A DNA stretch of 64,000 nt from Phaeosaccion multiseriatum. Its lineage: Eukaryota > Protista > Ochrophyta, other classes. The DNA lies in the NCBI GenBank assembly GCA_965112735.1, contig OZ218954.1, positions 1,674,001-1,738,000 on the forward strand, written 5' to 3'. Shown here piece by piece: positions 45,437-56,191 of this stretch. A program made the position numbers and the translations under genes. How positions within the stretch are numbered: the stretch's first letter is position 1; every line of letters starts with the position of its first letter. A model generated the notes under the pieces. That model did no database searches. It was given only the letters and a program-made list of their open reading frames with translations, and had not been told where the DNA came from.

Positions 45437-48337
45437 CTAGCAGCAGCCGTCGTCTCGGTTCTTCTTGCCTCCGCCGTGCAGCTGTACCTTGTCCTGTACG
45501 CCATAGATGCCCCCTGCCCCTCCAATGTCTTCCCCTCTCGCAAGTGCCTCTTCCTCTCGAGCCCTTTGGAAGCTCACTGCCAGGCCAGCAATGGCGTCCA
45601 TTGCCCTTGCCACCCCGGTCCCGTCCTTGGCGCTCGTGTACACATGGCCCACCCCTTGCTGCCCGCACCACTTGACGGCCAGCTCTTCGTCCACAAGTCC
45701 TCCTCCTCCTCCTCCTCCTCCTCCTCCTCCTCCTCCTCCTCCTCCTCCTCCTCCTCCCTGCTGGAGCTTGGTCAGCTGATCAGTGGAGCCGTGAGAGCGA
45801 TCGACCTTATTTCCAAGCACCACAATGGGGAAGGACTCAGGGCTTACGGAATCTACCCGTTGCAGCAACTCCTCCCTGTTTGTGTGGTCACGAATGGTTT
45901 AACGGCAATGGAAACAGTGCGATACCCCGAGAAAGGTCAGGTAAGGGAGGTGTTGGGGGGTGTGTGAGAGAGGAGAGGCGAGAACGGTTCGAAACAGCCT
46001 TTGGTGGGGGGGAGAAGAAGTGACGTGCGGTTTTGACGCTATCTACCTGTTCCTTTCTCTCTCCACCCCCCCCCTTCGGCCTCCGAAACATGTGTGAGAC
46101 ACCATTCCCCCCATTCAGCACTCAATACGCAACACCCCATGCTCGCTATACCACGGAAGCTAAACTATGGAAGGAGGGGGGGGGGGATTTGAGCCCCACA
46201 GAGTGAGGAAAGGAGCTCCGTGTCGACCGGGTGCGAGTAGAACGTTTAGAGCTGGTGCGAGTTGAATGTTTAGAGCTGGTGCGAGTTGAACTCATAGAGC
46301 TGGTGCGAGTGCGAGCTCTTGCGTACCTCCACATGGCGACCTGCTCGAAGGTCTTGGGCGCGGTGACGTCATACACCAACAGGGCTGCATGGGCCCCTCT
46401 ATGTCAACAAGAGCAAGGAGCAACAAGGGAACACAAGAAAGGGGCCCATCCCGAACAAGGGCAGGCGAGAGAGGGCGTGCGAGCGGGTGTAGCATCAGTG
46501 GCAGCACCAAATGTACGTCAGGAGGGAGGGAGAGTGGATGGGAGTAGGTATGGACACAGTACAAACACAGCCAAACCACACACCACAGGTGGTCAGTCAG
46601 GATCAAAGAGAGCACGTGAGAGAAAGGCGGATGGGCAGGCAAGGCAAGGCGGCGAGGTGAGAGGAGGCTACAGCACCCGCACCAGCACCAACGCACACTT
46701 GGGTTATAAGTCAGTCTTACCTGAAGAATCCGGCGCCTAAGTTTCCTTGGTGGAATCTCTCCTGTCCTGCCGTGTCCCAGATTTGCAAGAGAACCGTCTC
46801 GCCGTCCACCTGGGGGTGTGAGAGGGAATGGGGGAGGGAGGGAGGGAGGGAGGGAGGGAGGAAGGGAGGGAGGGAGAGAGAGAGGGAGGGAGGGGACAGA
46901 AGGCAGCACATGGCAGCAGATGCACAATGAAAAGGGCCCAGGGCAGGAAGGAGGACGTTTCAGGATGGTAGAGGAGTGCCACGGAGAGGGAGAGAGAGAG
47001 AGGGGGGGGAGAGAGTAACAGAGGGCACGTCTGGCGGTGAGGACGCAAGCGAGAGCAGGGACGAAGGAGAAGGGCCTGCGGTGCAGGCAGGGGATGCATC
47101 AAAGACCGCGGCGCAGAAAGGCTCAAAGTGGTCGGGTTGGTGATCCGTGGTGTGTACGTGTGCGTGTATGTGTGTTTGTATTTGTGGGTGTTCTCAGGCT
47201 CTGCGACAGCCACACACGTCTGGTTGCACCTGGTGGCACCTGGTGGCATCTGGTGGCATCTGATGTCATCCGATCTGTTGGCTTCCCATCTCATCCAGTT
47301 GAAATCAATCACATTAACCCTCCTTCCGCGTGTGCGCGTGCACATTCTCGCCCCCCCCTATTCACTCACTCACTCTCTCACTCACTTACTCACTCACTCA
47401 CTAACTCACTCACCGTTGTCTCTCGAGTCATGAAATCTGCCCCGATTGTGGGCCTCCTGTTGTCTAAAAAGTCGTTGCTCACGTATCGCTTCATCAGGCT
47501 GCTCTTGCCAACGTTGCTGCAGCCTGGAATGAAGGTCCACAAGAGACAAGGAAAGAGAGAAAAGGGGGTGTATCACACGAGTAGATGATTGAGGGCTAGA
47601 TGGTGTTTCCTCCACGTCACGCCTCCCTCCGCTCCCACTCTTCCCCCTCTTCTCCGGTCGCTGATCCCTCAACACCACCACACCAATCACTCTATCACCC
47701 TCCTCCTACACTCGGGGTACATCTTAGGCTCAATCAAAGGTAGTGAGTCAATATGGACAGTTGGCTCTACACTCCTCCTTCTATTCTTTCCAAAGACATG
47801 GTTCGCATCGGGAAATGGCACCTCCCCTCCTGCCCTTCTTCCTTCCTCGTTGGGCTCACCGAGTACAATGATCTTCAAGAGGCGCCTCCGTCTTTTTCTC
47901 GTGCCACCAGTACCAGTAGCCGCAGCCGCGGCCGCAGCCGCTTTAGCAGCAGCAGCAGGTGTATTTGTGGAGCCGGAGGTCGTAATTCTGGCATCACCCC
48001 CTCCTCCTAACGCTGCTCCCTTGGCCGCGCCTCCCGCCTGGTCATGACCTTCCCCGTTGGAATCTCCCTCGCCCGCTCTGCCCGATGGCATACCACCAGC
48101 AGCGGAGGAGGAGCTAGCCCTGTCCCCAGCTACTACGGCGCTACCATCGCCTCCTCCCCGACCCCCTCCGCGGTTTCCACCTCCTCTTCCTCCTGCCCCT
48201 CCTCCTCCTCCTCCTCCTCCCCCCCTTCCACCGGCAGGATGCGCCCCTGGTCGTTGCGGGATTGATGTCGGTTCTAAGTAAACCTGCTTCTGCTGGTGAC
48301 GGGCTGCAGCTGCTGCAAGGGATTCATCAAAAAACAT
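45437..48337 (-). CDS. Rab7-like small GTPase with N-terminal extension
   Basis: RRLLKIIVLG|CSNVGKSSLM (G1), PTIGADFMT (G2), LLQIWDTAGQERF (G3), FPIVVLGNKVD (G4), YTSAK (G5), C-terminal GCC* prenylation motif; 5 exons. The true start codon is uncertain. Confidence 0.9.
46228..46318. repeat. 24-bp intronic tandem repeat (GAGCTGGTGCGAGTTGAAnnnnTA), ~4 copies
   Basis: Direct repeats adjacent to a minus-strand donor in the Rab gene. Confidence 0.85.
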
Positions 48338-48588
48338 CCTGCCGTAACCTTTGGCTGCCCTTAAAAGCTTCCTTCCAGCCGGGCGGCCGCAGCTCTCCTG
48401 ATCGTGAGGACCCGCCTCTGCTTCTTCTTCGGCCTCTGTGCTTCAGCGTGTCTTCCTTGCTCTACAGCGAGCTTTGGCCGAGAAAGGGGGGGATATCAAG
48501 GGGGTTGGGGGGACAAAAGTAGTAAGTCAAGGGGAGATCTCTCACGCCCCCCTCCCATCAATCTCTCTTCTCCCGCCCCCATCTATCT

Positions 48589-48975
48589 ATGCCTAAGACC
48601 TCGGGAGGGATCAGACCAGCAGTCCCAACCGAAGAAGAAGGTGCTCAAGGAGGCGAAGCAGAAGGAACGCCACCTAAGCGAGCTCGTCTCGATGATGGTC
48701 CCTCATTACCAAGAGAGGCAGCAGTGGCAGCAGAAAGCAAAGCGTCGAAGTCGGTGTACAGCTTTTATGAGGACCCTAAGTTGAAACTGAAGCTTCGACT
48801 CGTGCATCCTTACGTCTTTGAGTATAGGACACATGCCAAAGCGTGAGTGAGTGGAGAGGAGGGAGGGAGGGAGAGACGGAGGGAGGAAAGAGTGAGCAAA
48901 GAGTGAGTGAGGGAGACAAAGAAACAGAGTTGGCTCTACTACGAACAGGAAGGATCTATGGGAAGAGACTTCCTC

Positions 48976-49014
<39 letters not shown>

Positions 49015-51789
49015 TCATAACCCTTTTCCCCCTCTCTATGTGTCCATCTGCCACAATGCCAACCCCCCCCTTCTCCGTCGTGGGTACTGTGCTTCTCTCC
49101 TGTACAATAGTCGGTGGGAGGGGAGGACTCTCGCCGAAGTATTCGCCACTGAGTTCCACGCTCACAACCTCAGGTAAGACTCTTCTTGCAGTACAGACCG
49201 AATGGATCGATGATGATACGACGGTGCCGATTTGGAGGACCCTCATTGGGAGATTCCATACACAACGGCCAGCCGTTTGATGTTCATGACTGCTTGATGA
49301 TAGGACCGACCGACTAGATGGAGGAGGCTCATCGGGAGATTCCACAGAGGCGAAATGGTGTGAGGCTTCGTATCGGTTCCTTCCTTGACCCCTCCTTCCC
49401 TCCCCTCGCGCCTCCCACCCCCCCCACCTTTCCTTGTCCTCACTACCAAAAGCTATTACCGTGCCGCGGTCTCTAATGGGCTCATCTCCCTCCACCGACG
49501 AGCTCGGTCCAAGAAGAGGCCCCCCAAGAAGGCAGCAACAACCGCTTCCGATGACGCTGCATCACCCGACGCCAAGATACGTAATGGCGACCTTATCGTT
49601 CACATGAGTCACAGGCATGAGCCGCCTGTCGCGGGGGGAGCCATCGAGATCATCGCCGACGGTGCCGAGGTGGGTGGGGGATTGGATTGTATAGGAGGAG
49701 GTCCAGTCACTCTGCCTCCTTGAATGAATGCCCCAGATATCATTTCTCATCGAATTTCTGTTCATTCTCTCTCCCTCTCGCTCTGTCTCTCCCTCCTTCC
49801 CTCTCTCTCTCTCCCCCCCCCCCCCTCTCTCCCTCCCTCCCTCCCTCCCCCTCTCTCCATGTCTTCTCCCTCCCTCCCTCTCCCTCTCTCCAGCTACTGG
49901 TAGTGATGAAACCCTCCACCATTCCCGTCCACCCCTGCGGTGGCTATCACCACAACTCGCTCGTGGAGATTCTGCAACACAACTCGGAAACCGACAAGCG
50001 CCTCTTTGTGGTCCATCGAATCGACAGACTCACCAGCGGCATTGTCATCTTTGGAAGGTACGAAAGATGGGAGTCATCATCATCTGTACCTTCTTGTACC
50101 TTCTTTGCTCTCTCTAGAACACGGTAGGTGGGCAAGATGGGGCGGGGCTTGGAAGAGTGGCCTGTTACTTTCGGTAGGCGACTTGTCCCACAGAGTCCTG
50201 GAGCAACAAGTAGCGCAAAGCCCTGCAATCCCTCGACTGCCGCGGGCATCCCCCCCCTCCTCCAGTGTGGTGCACCACCCACTCACGCCAGTCGACTCTG
50301 TTTGCCTGTGTCGGTGTATTGTGATGCACGCATATGGGCGTGTGGGTGTGTGGGCGGGTGGGTGCTGCGCCTGTGCGCGTAACTGGTGCGGGCCTTTCGG
50401 GGGCGCAGGTCTGCTGAAGCGGCGAAAAAATTCTCTGCCCTCATCCGCACCAACAGTGTGCACAAGACATATGCCGCGCGAGTGAAGGGGAGGTTCGGAG
50501 ACCACTTTCCAAAGGGGAGGGAATGGATTGCTCCTCCCATCATCATCAGCAGCAGCAGCAGCCACAGCAGCAGTAGCAGCAGTAGTGGCTGCGGGGGAGG
50601 GGAGCTGAGCGCGAAGACCGCCGACGGGCAGAGCAAGGAAGAGGCAGAGCAAGAGGGGAAAGGAAAGGGAGAGGGCGAGGAGGTGGTGGAGATGTCGTCT
50701 CTGAGGGAAGGGGGAAGCTTGTCGGCAGGGCGCCCACAGCCCCCCCCCATGACGTGGAGCTGGGTGGCGGGAGGGGTGGAACGGGGGAAGCACGTGGATA
50801 AAAAAGGAGCAGCAGCAGCAGTTGGTGATACAGTAGCAGCAGCAGTTGGTGATACAGTAGCAGCAGCGAGGGGCGGACGTGAGGCAGGCACCCAACACGT
50901 GCATTTGAATGCGCCGATTGAGTGCACCAATCTCAAGGATGGTGTGTACGCCGTCGGAGAGAAGGGCAAGCCGTCAGAGGTGAGGGTGTGTAACGCTTCT
51001 CTCGGGCGTAACGTTCGGGTCTGAGGCGGAGGAGGAGGAGGAGGAGGAGGAGGAGGAGGAGGAGGAGGAGTAGGAGGAGGAGGAGGAGGAGGAGGAGAAT
51101 GCCCCAAGCCTCTCTTCCCCTTGCCTGTCTTTCTTACATGACTTATCTTAACTTCTTAACCCCCTCCTCTCTGCCGCCTTCTTCCTGCCTGTTGCATTGC
51201 TCCATTGCCCCCACGCTAGACCCTTATCCAGGCCTGTCACTACGACTCTGTGTCTGACACGACAATGGTCAAGTGCTTCCCCATCTCAGGTAGAACACAT
51301 CAGATACGCGTGCATCTGCAGTGGCTTGGGCACCCCATAGCAAACGACCCCAACTACGGGGGGGAGCTCTTCTTTGGTCGTCGAAGCGAGGCACCACCAC
51401 CACCAAGAGAAGCAGCAGCAGCAGCAGCAACAGTAGTCGGAAATACAGCAGCAGAAGCAGTTGGTGATACAGCAGTAGCACAAGCGGAGGACGGAGGCGA
51501 TGGTGATGGTGACGATGATGGTGACGATGACCTCACCCCCCTCCCCCCTCGCAGAGAGGGCGAGGGTTTGAGCGACTTTGCTTGTCGGACGTGCTCCCAG
51601 TGCCGCGGTGGCATTGGAGCGAGCATGGAGAGAGACATTGTGAGAGCAGCCACAAAGAGCCAGGGCATCTGGCTGCATGCGCTGAGGTACGCATCGGCCG
51701 TGCCGGAGGAGGGGGAGGACGGCGAAGGCTTTTGCTTTGAGAGCTCGCTGCCGGAGTGGTGGATAGAGGACGACGCCACTCCGTCTTAA
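48589..51789 (+). CDS. RluA-family pseudouridine synthase (RPUSD2/Pus8/Pus9-like)
   Basis: [69 protein letters not shown] (catalytic Asp), [43 protein letters not shown]. Confidence 0.93.
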
Positions 51790-51830
51790 CATTTGGCGCC
51801 TTTTACATTGACACACGTCTTCTATTGTCT

Positions 51831-51925
51831 ATATACTACGTAATATACTACGTAGTACTTTTTGTTTTGTTTATTCTAATTAAAAAAAAATATATATATA
51901 TTCTAATTAAAAAAAAAAAAAAAAT

Positions 51926-51957
<32 letters not shown>

Positions 51958-51960
51958 CTA
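51831..51960. repeat. AT-rich tract with short duplications and (TA)n
   Basis: ATATACTACGTA x2, ATTCTAATTAAAAAAAAA x2, then (TA)n; the only strongly AT-rich patch in the window. Confidence 0.85.
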
Positions 51961-51970
51961 TTGATGAATG

Positions 51971-52590
51971 ACCGGTTTTGGTGGGGCGAGATGCCCCACT
52001 CGGTGAAAGTGGGTATTTTTAGTACCCAATTTTTTTAAAAGTGGGTATTTTTAGTACAGTACCCAATATGGACCAGTAGCGCCCCTCCCCCCCCCCCTCC
52101 TTTTTGGTGTATCTCTCCCCTCCTCCTCCAAAATATACTACGCTATGATATGACGATTTAATGGTATTACCACGATAACAATGGTATTCATATTTACAGA
52201 CACACTTAGTGTCCGTCCTCAATCATGCATGGCATACAGTAGTAGTCAAAATCGCCTTCCGCAAAACCCTTGCTGTCGCAAAACTCGACGGTGCACATGT
52301 GGTGCACGAGGTTTCCACACGCTCTTTCGGATGGGCAGAGGAACAGCTTGACTTGCGAGGGCTTAGTACAGCCATACGAGCATGTGAAGGCCATGTCTCC
52401 CTCTCTCAAGCCGCCCAACGACGGCGCTGCTGACGCGGCAGCAGCGGCAGTAGCGGCCGCAGCGGCCGCATCAGAGGCAGCAGCAGAAGCAGCATCAGAA
52501 GCAGTACCAGTACCAGTACGCTGTTTTTTTTGGGCCCCCCTTCCCCCACCCCTTCCTCCTCGTCCTCCTCCGGCTCCGCCTCCTCCTGTT

Positions 52591-52639
<49 letters not shown>

Positions 52640-55564
52640 TGCTGCTGCCACCTCCCTCCTCGTCGTCCTCTGCACCGCTATCACCTCCATCCCCCTCCTT
52701 CGACTCGTCTGCACCAGTGCCACTTTCCTTCGCCCTCGCCCGCTTCGCCCGTTTTTTCGCGTCCGCCTGCTGCGCGCTCCATAAATTATACACGGTGGTC
52801 CACACCAGCTGATTGAAGCGGCGCTTGTGAGAATCAGAACGAGACTTGATGTCAAAGGCGTCTTTGACTGCGTCAAACATGCTTCGCGCTTCTTCAAGCG
52901 TCGGCTTGTCCTTCCAGAGCCCCTTTTCTTTCGCCGCGGATTCAATCGCACCCATCAAACAGCAAAATTTTGACATCCTTCGCTTCTCCGCCCTCCCCTG
53001 CACGTCTGCTGTCGTGAATTCTCGAAGGCGAGGAGTGCCTGTCATCCAAGCATCCCAAGCAGCGCGCACAGTGAAGCTAGGGACCTCAAAGTGCTCGGGA
53101 AGGGTATGCCACCGGCCGTTGTAGAGATACAGAGGTGGCTGATCTGCACCTGCACAAGAAGAAGAAGAGGGCGGGGCGCTGCTCGAACCCTCACCAAGGC
53201 CCAGAGTGCCTGCCTGGTGAGCCGCGAGAAGGTCGCTGAGCCCACTCTTAGAAAAGGCTGCGTCGAGGGTCGTCTGCAGGGCCCTGCTCACACCCAGACT
53301 GGTGACAGTGCCAGAGGCCTGTGCATTCTCCTCCAGAACGTCACGGATCAGCGTCTCCAAGTCGACCTTGATCGTCTGGCCCAACACCTCAAGCTTGCCG
53401 CCTAGAGAGGCCACGCTGTCCGCCACGACTTGGAATTGCCTCAGCTGCACGACGTGGGGAGGAATCCCGGTTGCAGAAATCTCGTCCGTCTCGTCCGGAT
53501 ACTTCAGCACGACATGCTCTGAAAGGTCCGCCAGCAACCTTTGATCTCGGAAGAGCTGTGTCGTGAAAAGAGGGTGATTCTCCTGAAGAGTGCTGCGCAG
53601 AAAGCCGGCGTGGTACACCACACTGGCAAGACAGAATTCAGCCACCTTCCTCAATCTCAGCGGCACGTCCCTGAAGCAGCTCACAATGGCTCCCGCGAGC
53701 ACGTCTTCAATGCCCTCCTTCGCTGTGCCGTCCACCTTGAGGCGCTGAAAAAAGGGAGGAAGCAATGCAAACTCCTTCGCTGAGATGTTCGCCCCGGAGG
53801 CAGCCCGGCCCACATACTGATCTGCTGCATTGATGGGGTTGAAGTAGATGCCCTGGACGCCGGGAAGAGACCATCCCATTCGAAGTTGCACAGCAATTGG
53901 GTTGGGAGCAGCGGACGAGCCGCTTGTGACGTGCGAGGCAGCGCCCTTGCGCCCAGAATGAGTGCCGAGGTCCTCTGGAGTCAGCCCCATGCCTTCCAAA
54001 ATGGACGAGTTCGCCGCCGCCGTACGTCTGAGGAAGCCGCAATACCTATCGTACTGATTGTTGCCAGCGAACAGCGCGTTCTTCTCAAAACCAAAGCTCA
54101 GGAGGTAAACACCAAGCGCGAGGACGGGGCAGATCTCCGGCATGATTGGATTCGCGTAGACGTGGCGAGGATGTCGGGCCTTCTCTCCCAGCTGGTCGCC
54201 CTTTTGCTTCCCAAAATAGACGCAGAGCGCGTCCCCCTTCCACTCGAGATGATCGAGACAAATCTCCACACAGTTGGTGGCGCGGCACATCAGATTCCAG
54301 GAGAGAACGAGGAAGGGGTGGCCAAAGGCGCCCTGTCTGTGCCCGTTCTCACAGACTGCCGAGCTCAGCATTGCTGCGATGTACACAAGCGAAGGAAACA
54401 GTGGCAACCAAAGACGGCGTCAGGGCTAGGAAGTGAGTGGGGGGCAGTCAATGCATCAGCCACTTGTCTCCACCCACTCCACTAGTTTCCACTGTCCACT
54501 GACTCCACACAGCTGGGAATTTACCTTTGGCAAGAGCGCGGTAGAGAGCGAACGGCATGGGAGCCTTCCCTTCTCTGACTTCGACATTTCCCTCCTGCTT
54601 CTCTCCTGCGATCGTCCTCTTCAGCCCCTTGGTGAGCGTCGCAAGGTCGCTTTGCAATTTGCGGTGCTGCTCCTCCTGATGGTAGTCTCTGTACAGATTG
54701 AAGAGTGCAGAGCGTTTCGACTGTGCACCGGCCTTGGATAAGCCCTTCGGCCCCTTCTTGACTTCAAGCAGCCACCCGAAGAACGCGTCGGCTGTCAGCA
54801 GATGGAACAGCAAAGGGTGCGGCGCCCGAGGTGCTTGGATCAAGTGTGCCTTCACCCGCTTCGTCCACTGCGCCTCAGCCTTCTTCTTGGCCTTTGCTTG
54901 GGCTTTCGCTGCTCTCGACACCTCAGCCGGCGTCTGCTGTGCCGCTGCAGTGGCACCACCCGCTCCGCCAGGTGCGGCGGCTGCTGCGGCTGCTGCTGCT
55001 CTCCTCTGTGCTTCCTCCTCTTCCCCATCTTCCCCGTCTTCCTCCTCTTCCCCCTCCGGTGGAGCAAATGCTGTCCTGAAGTCAGGGTCCAGAAGCTCCG
55101 GGTGCTTGCGGAAGAGGTATCGGATCAGCATCGTGGAGGCGCATGCATATCCACTTCTCGAGCGTGGGGCGATGGTGTTGTTTCGGGGGTTCTGAATCTG
55201 CTGCTGCTCTGCAGTAAGCGGTGCTTCTTCCCCCTCTGCTGCTGGTGCTTCCGGAACCGTAGCAACAGCGACGTCAGCCATGGTATACTCTGTTCTCCTG
55301 CAAATTCACGTGGGAGATGCCCCTCCCACCACTGGCATCAGCTGTTACAGCCGGGTATCGTCCGCGCAGCCGCTGCTCCTCTTACATAGCTGCACTGTGC
55401 AAATATGCTGATGCTGTGAATGAAATAAACTCCACGTGGGGAGGGGGGGGAGAATGCCCCACAACCAAAAAATATTGGATAAAAAACTTGAAAAACGAGC
55501 ATTTATGGCCCATAAAATATCCAAAACAATTATTTCGTGGGGCAGGTGCCCCACTTCACGGTAC
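51971..55564 (-). mobile_element. Crypton-like (CryptonS-type) tyrosine-recombinase DNA transposon; boundaries approximate
   Basis: Single recombinase gene with one short intron among intron-rich host genes; AT-rich flanks; palindromes GTGGGGC-n4/5-GCCCCAC at 51981-51999 and 55537-55554; TATGG direct repeats at 52067-52071 and 55504-55508. Confidence 0.8.
52206..55281 (-). CDS. Crypton tyrosine recombinase, 974 aa, with C-terminal PHD-type zinc finger; join(complement(54525..55281),complement(52206..54373))
   Basis: A 151-bp GT-AG intron (54374-54524) joins the two ORFs in frame (RALAK-A-MLSS). Catalytic set: WNLMCR (R), KQKGDQ (K), GTHSGRKG (HxxR), RMGW (W), VQGIY (Y). Also RHVYANPIMPEICPVLAL and DQYVGR motifs like those of oomycete/diatom Cryptons. 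Confidence 0.9.
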
Positions 55565-56191
55565 TATTAGACATACGGACTACAGAGAACTAATTTTAAA
55601 TGTTAATTTTAAATCTAAGTATAAGCTACGTATATAGCAAAGGGAAGGAATTTTTAACTCCGCTACTGCTGCTGCTGCTGCTGCTGCTGTATCGCCAACT
55701 GCTCTGCTGCTGCATGCAGATCAATCACGTCGTCTCCACACCCTCTCACACTCACGGCCCAGGGGTGTCTCCCAAACTCGCTGTTTGTCAGGTTGTGGAC
55801 ACACCCACGGACCCACGGACCTCTCACGTAAATACTCTTCCCCTCCTCTCTTCCCGGACGTAAACACTCCTCCCCTCCTCCTCACACCGCGTAAATACTA
55901 CATTCTCCCTCCCCCTTCACCTCACCCCTTCATAAAAATCACACGTGTACCCGGTTTGCTGTGGCGACCACCTTGCCTATGAGTACATTTGTGGGGGCAA
56001 CATCCCCTGTGTGCCAACGGCGGGGGCGCCGCCTCCTCCTCTCCCTCCTCGTCAGGGGCAAGACTCGTGCTTTGCAACACTTTCGTGTTCTTCCTCCTCC
56101 TCCCCCTCCTCCTGTTAGCCCTGCTCCCGCTCCTCCTCCTCTCCCCTCCTCCTCCCCCTCCCCCTCCCCCTCCTCCTCCTCTTCCCTGACC

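Noticed and set aside
47845-47865. Non-canonical splice site after GEPN in the Rab P-loop
   Set aside because: The real donor is the canonical CTCG|GTGAG a few bases earlier, giving GCSNVGKS.
51958-52000. Helitron 3' end (GC hairpin near a terminus)
   Set aside because: No CTRR terminus at the expected distance and no Rep/helicase; the encoded enzyme is a tyrosine recombinase.
54374-54524. Frameshift or two separate genes in the Crypton
   Set aside because: A canonical phase-1 GT-AG intron joins the two ORFs perfectly in frame.
52206-55281. Phage integrase, bacterial contamination or DIRS retroelement
   Set aside because: It has a spliceosomal intron and host-like GCA/GGA repeats, is contiguous with eukaryotic genes, and has no RT/RNase H/gag.
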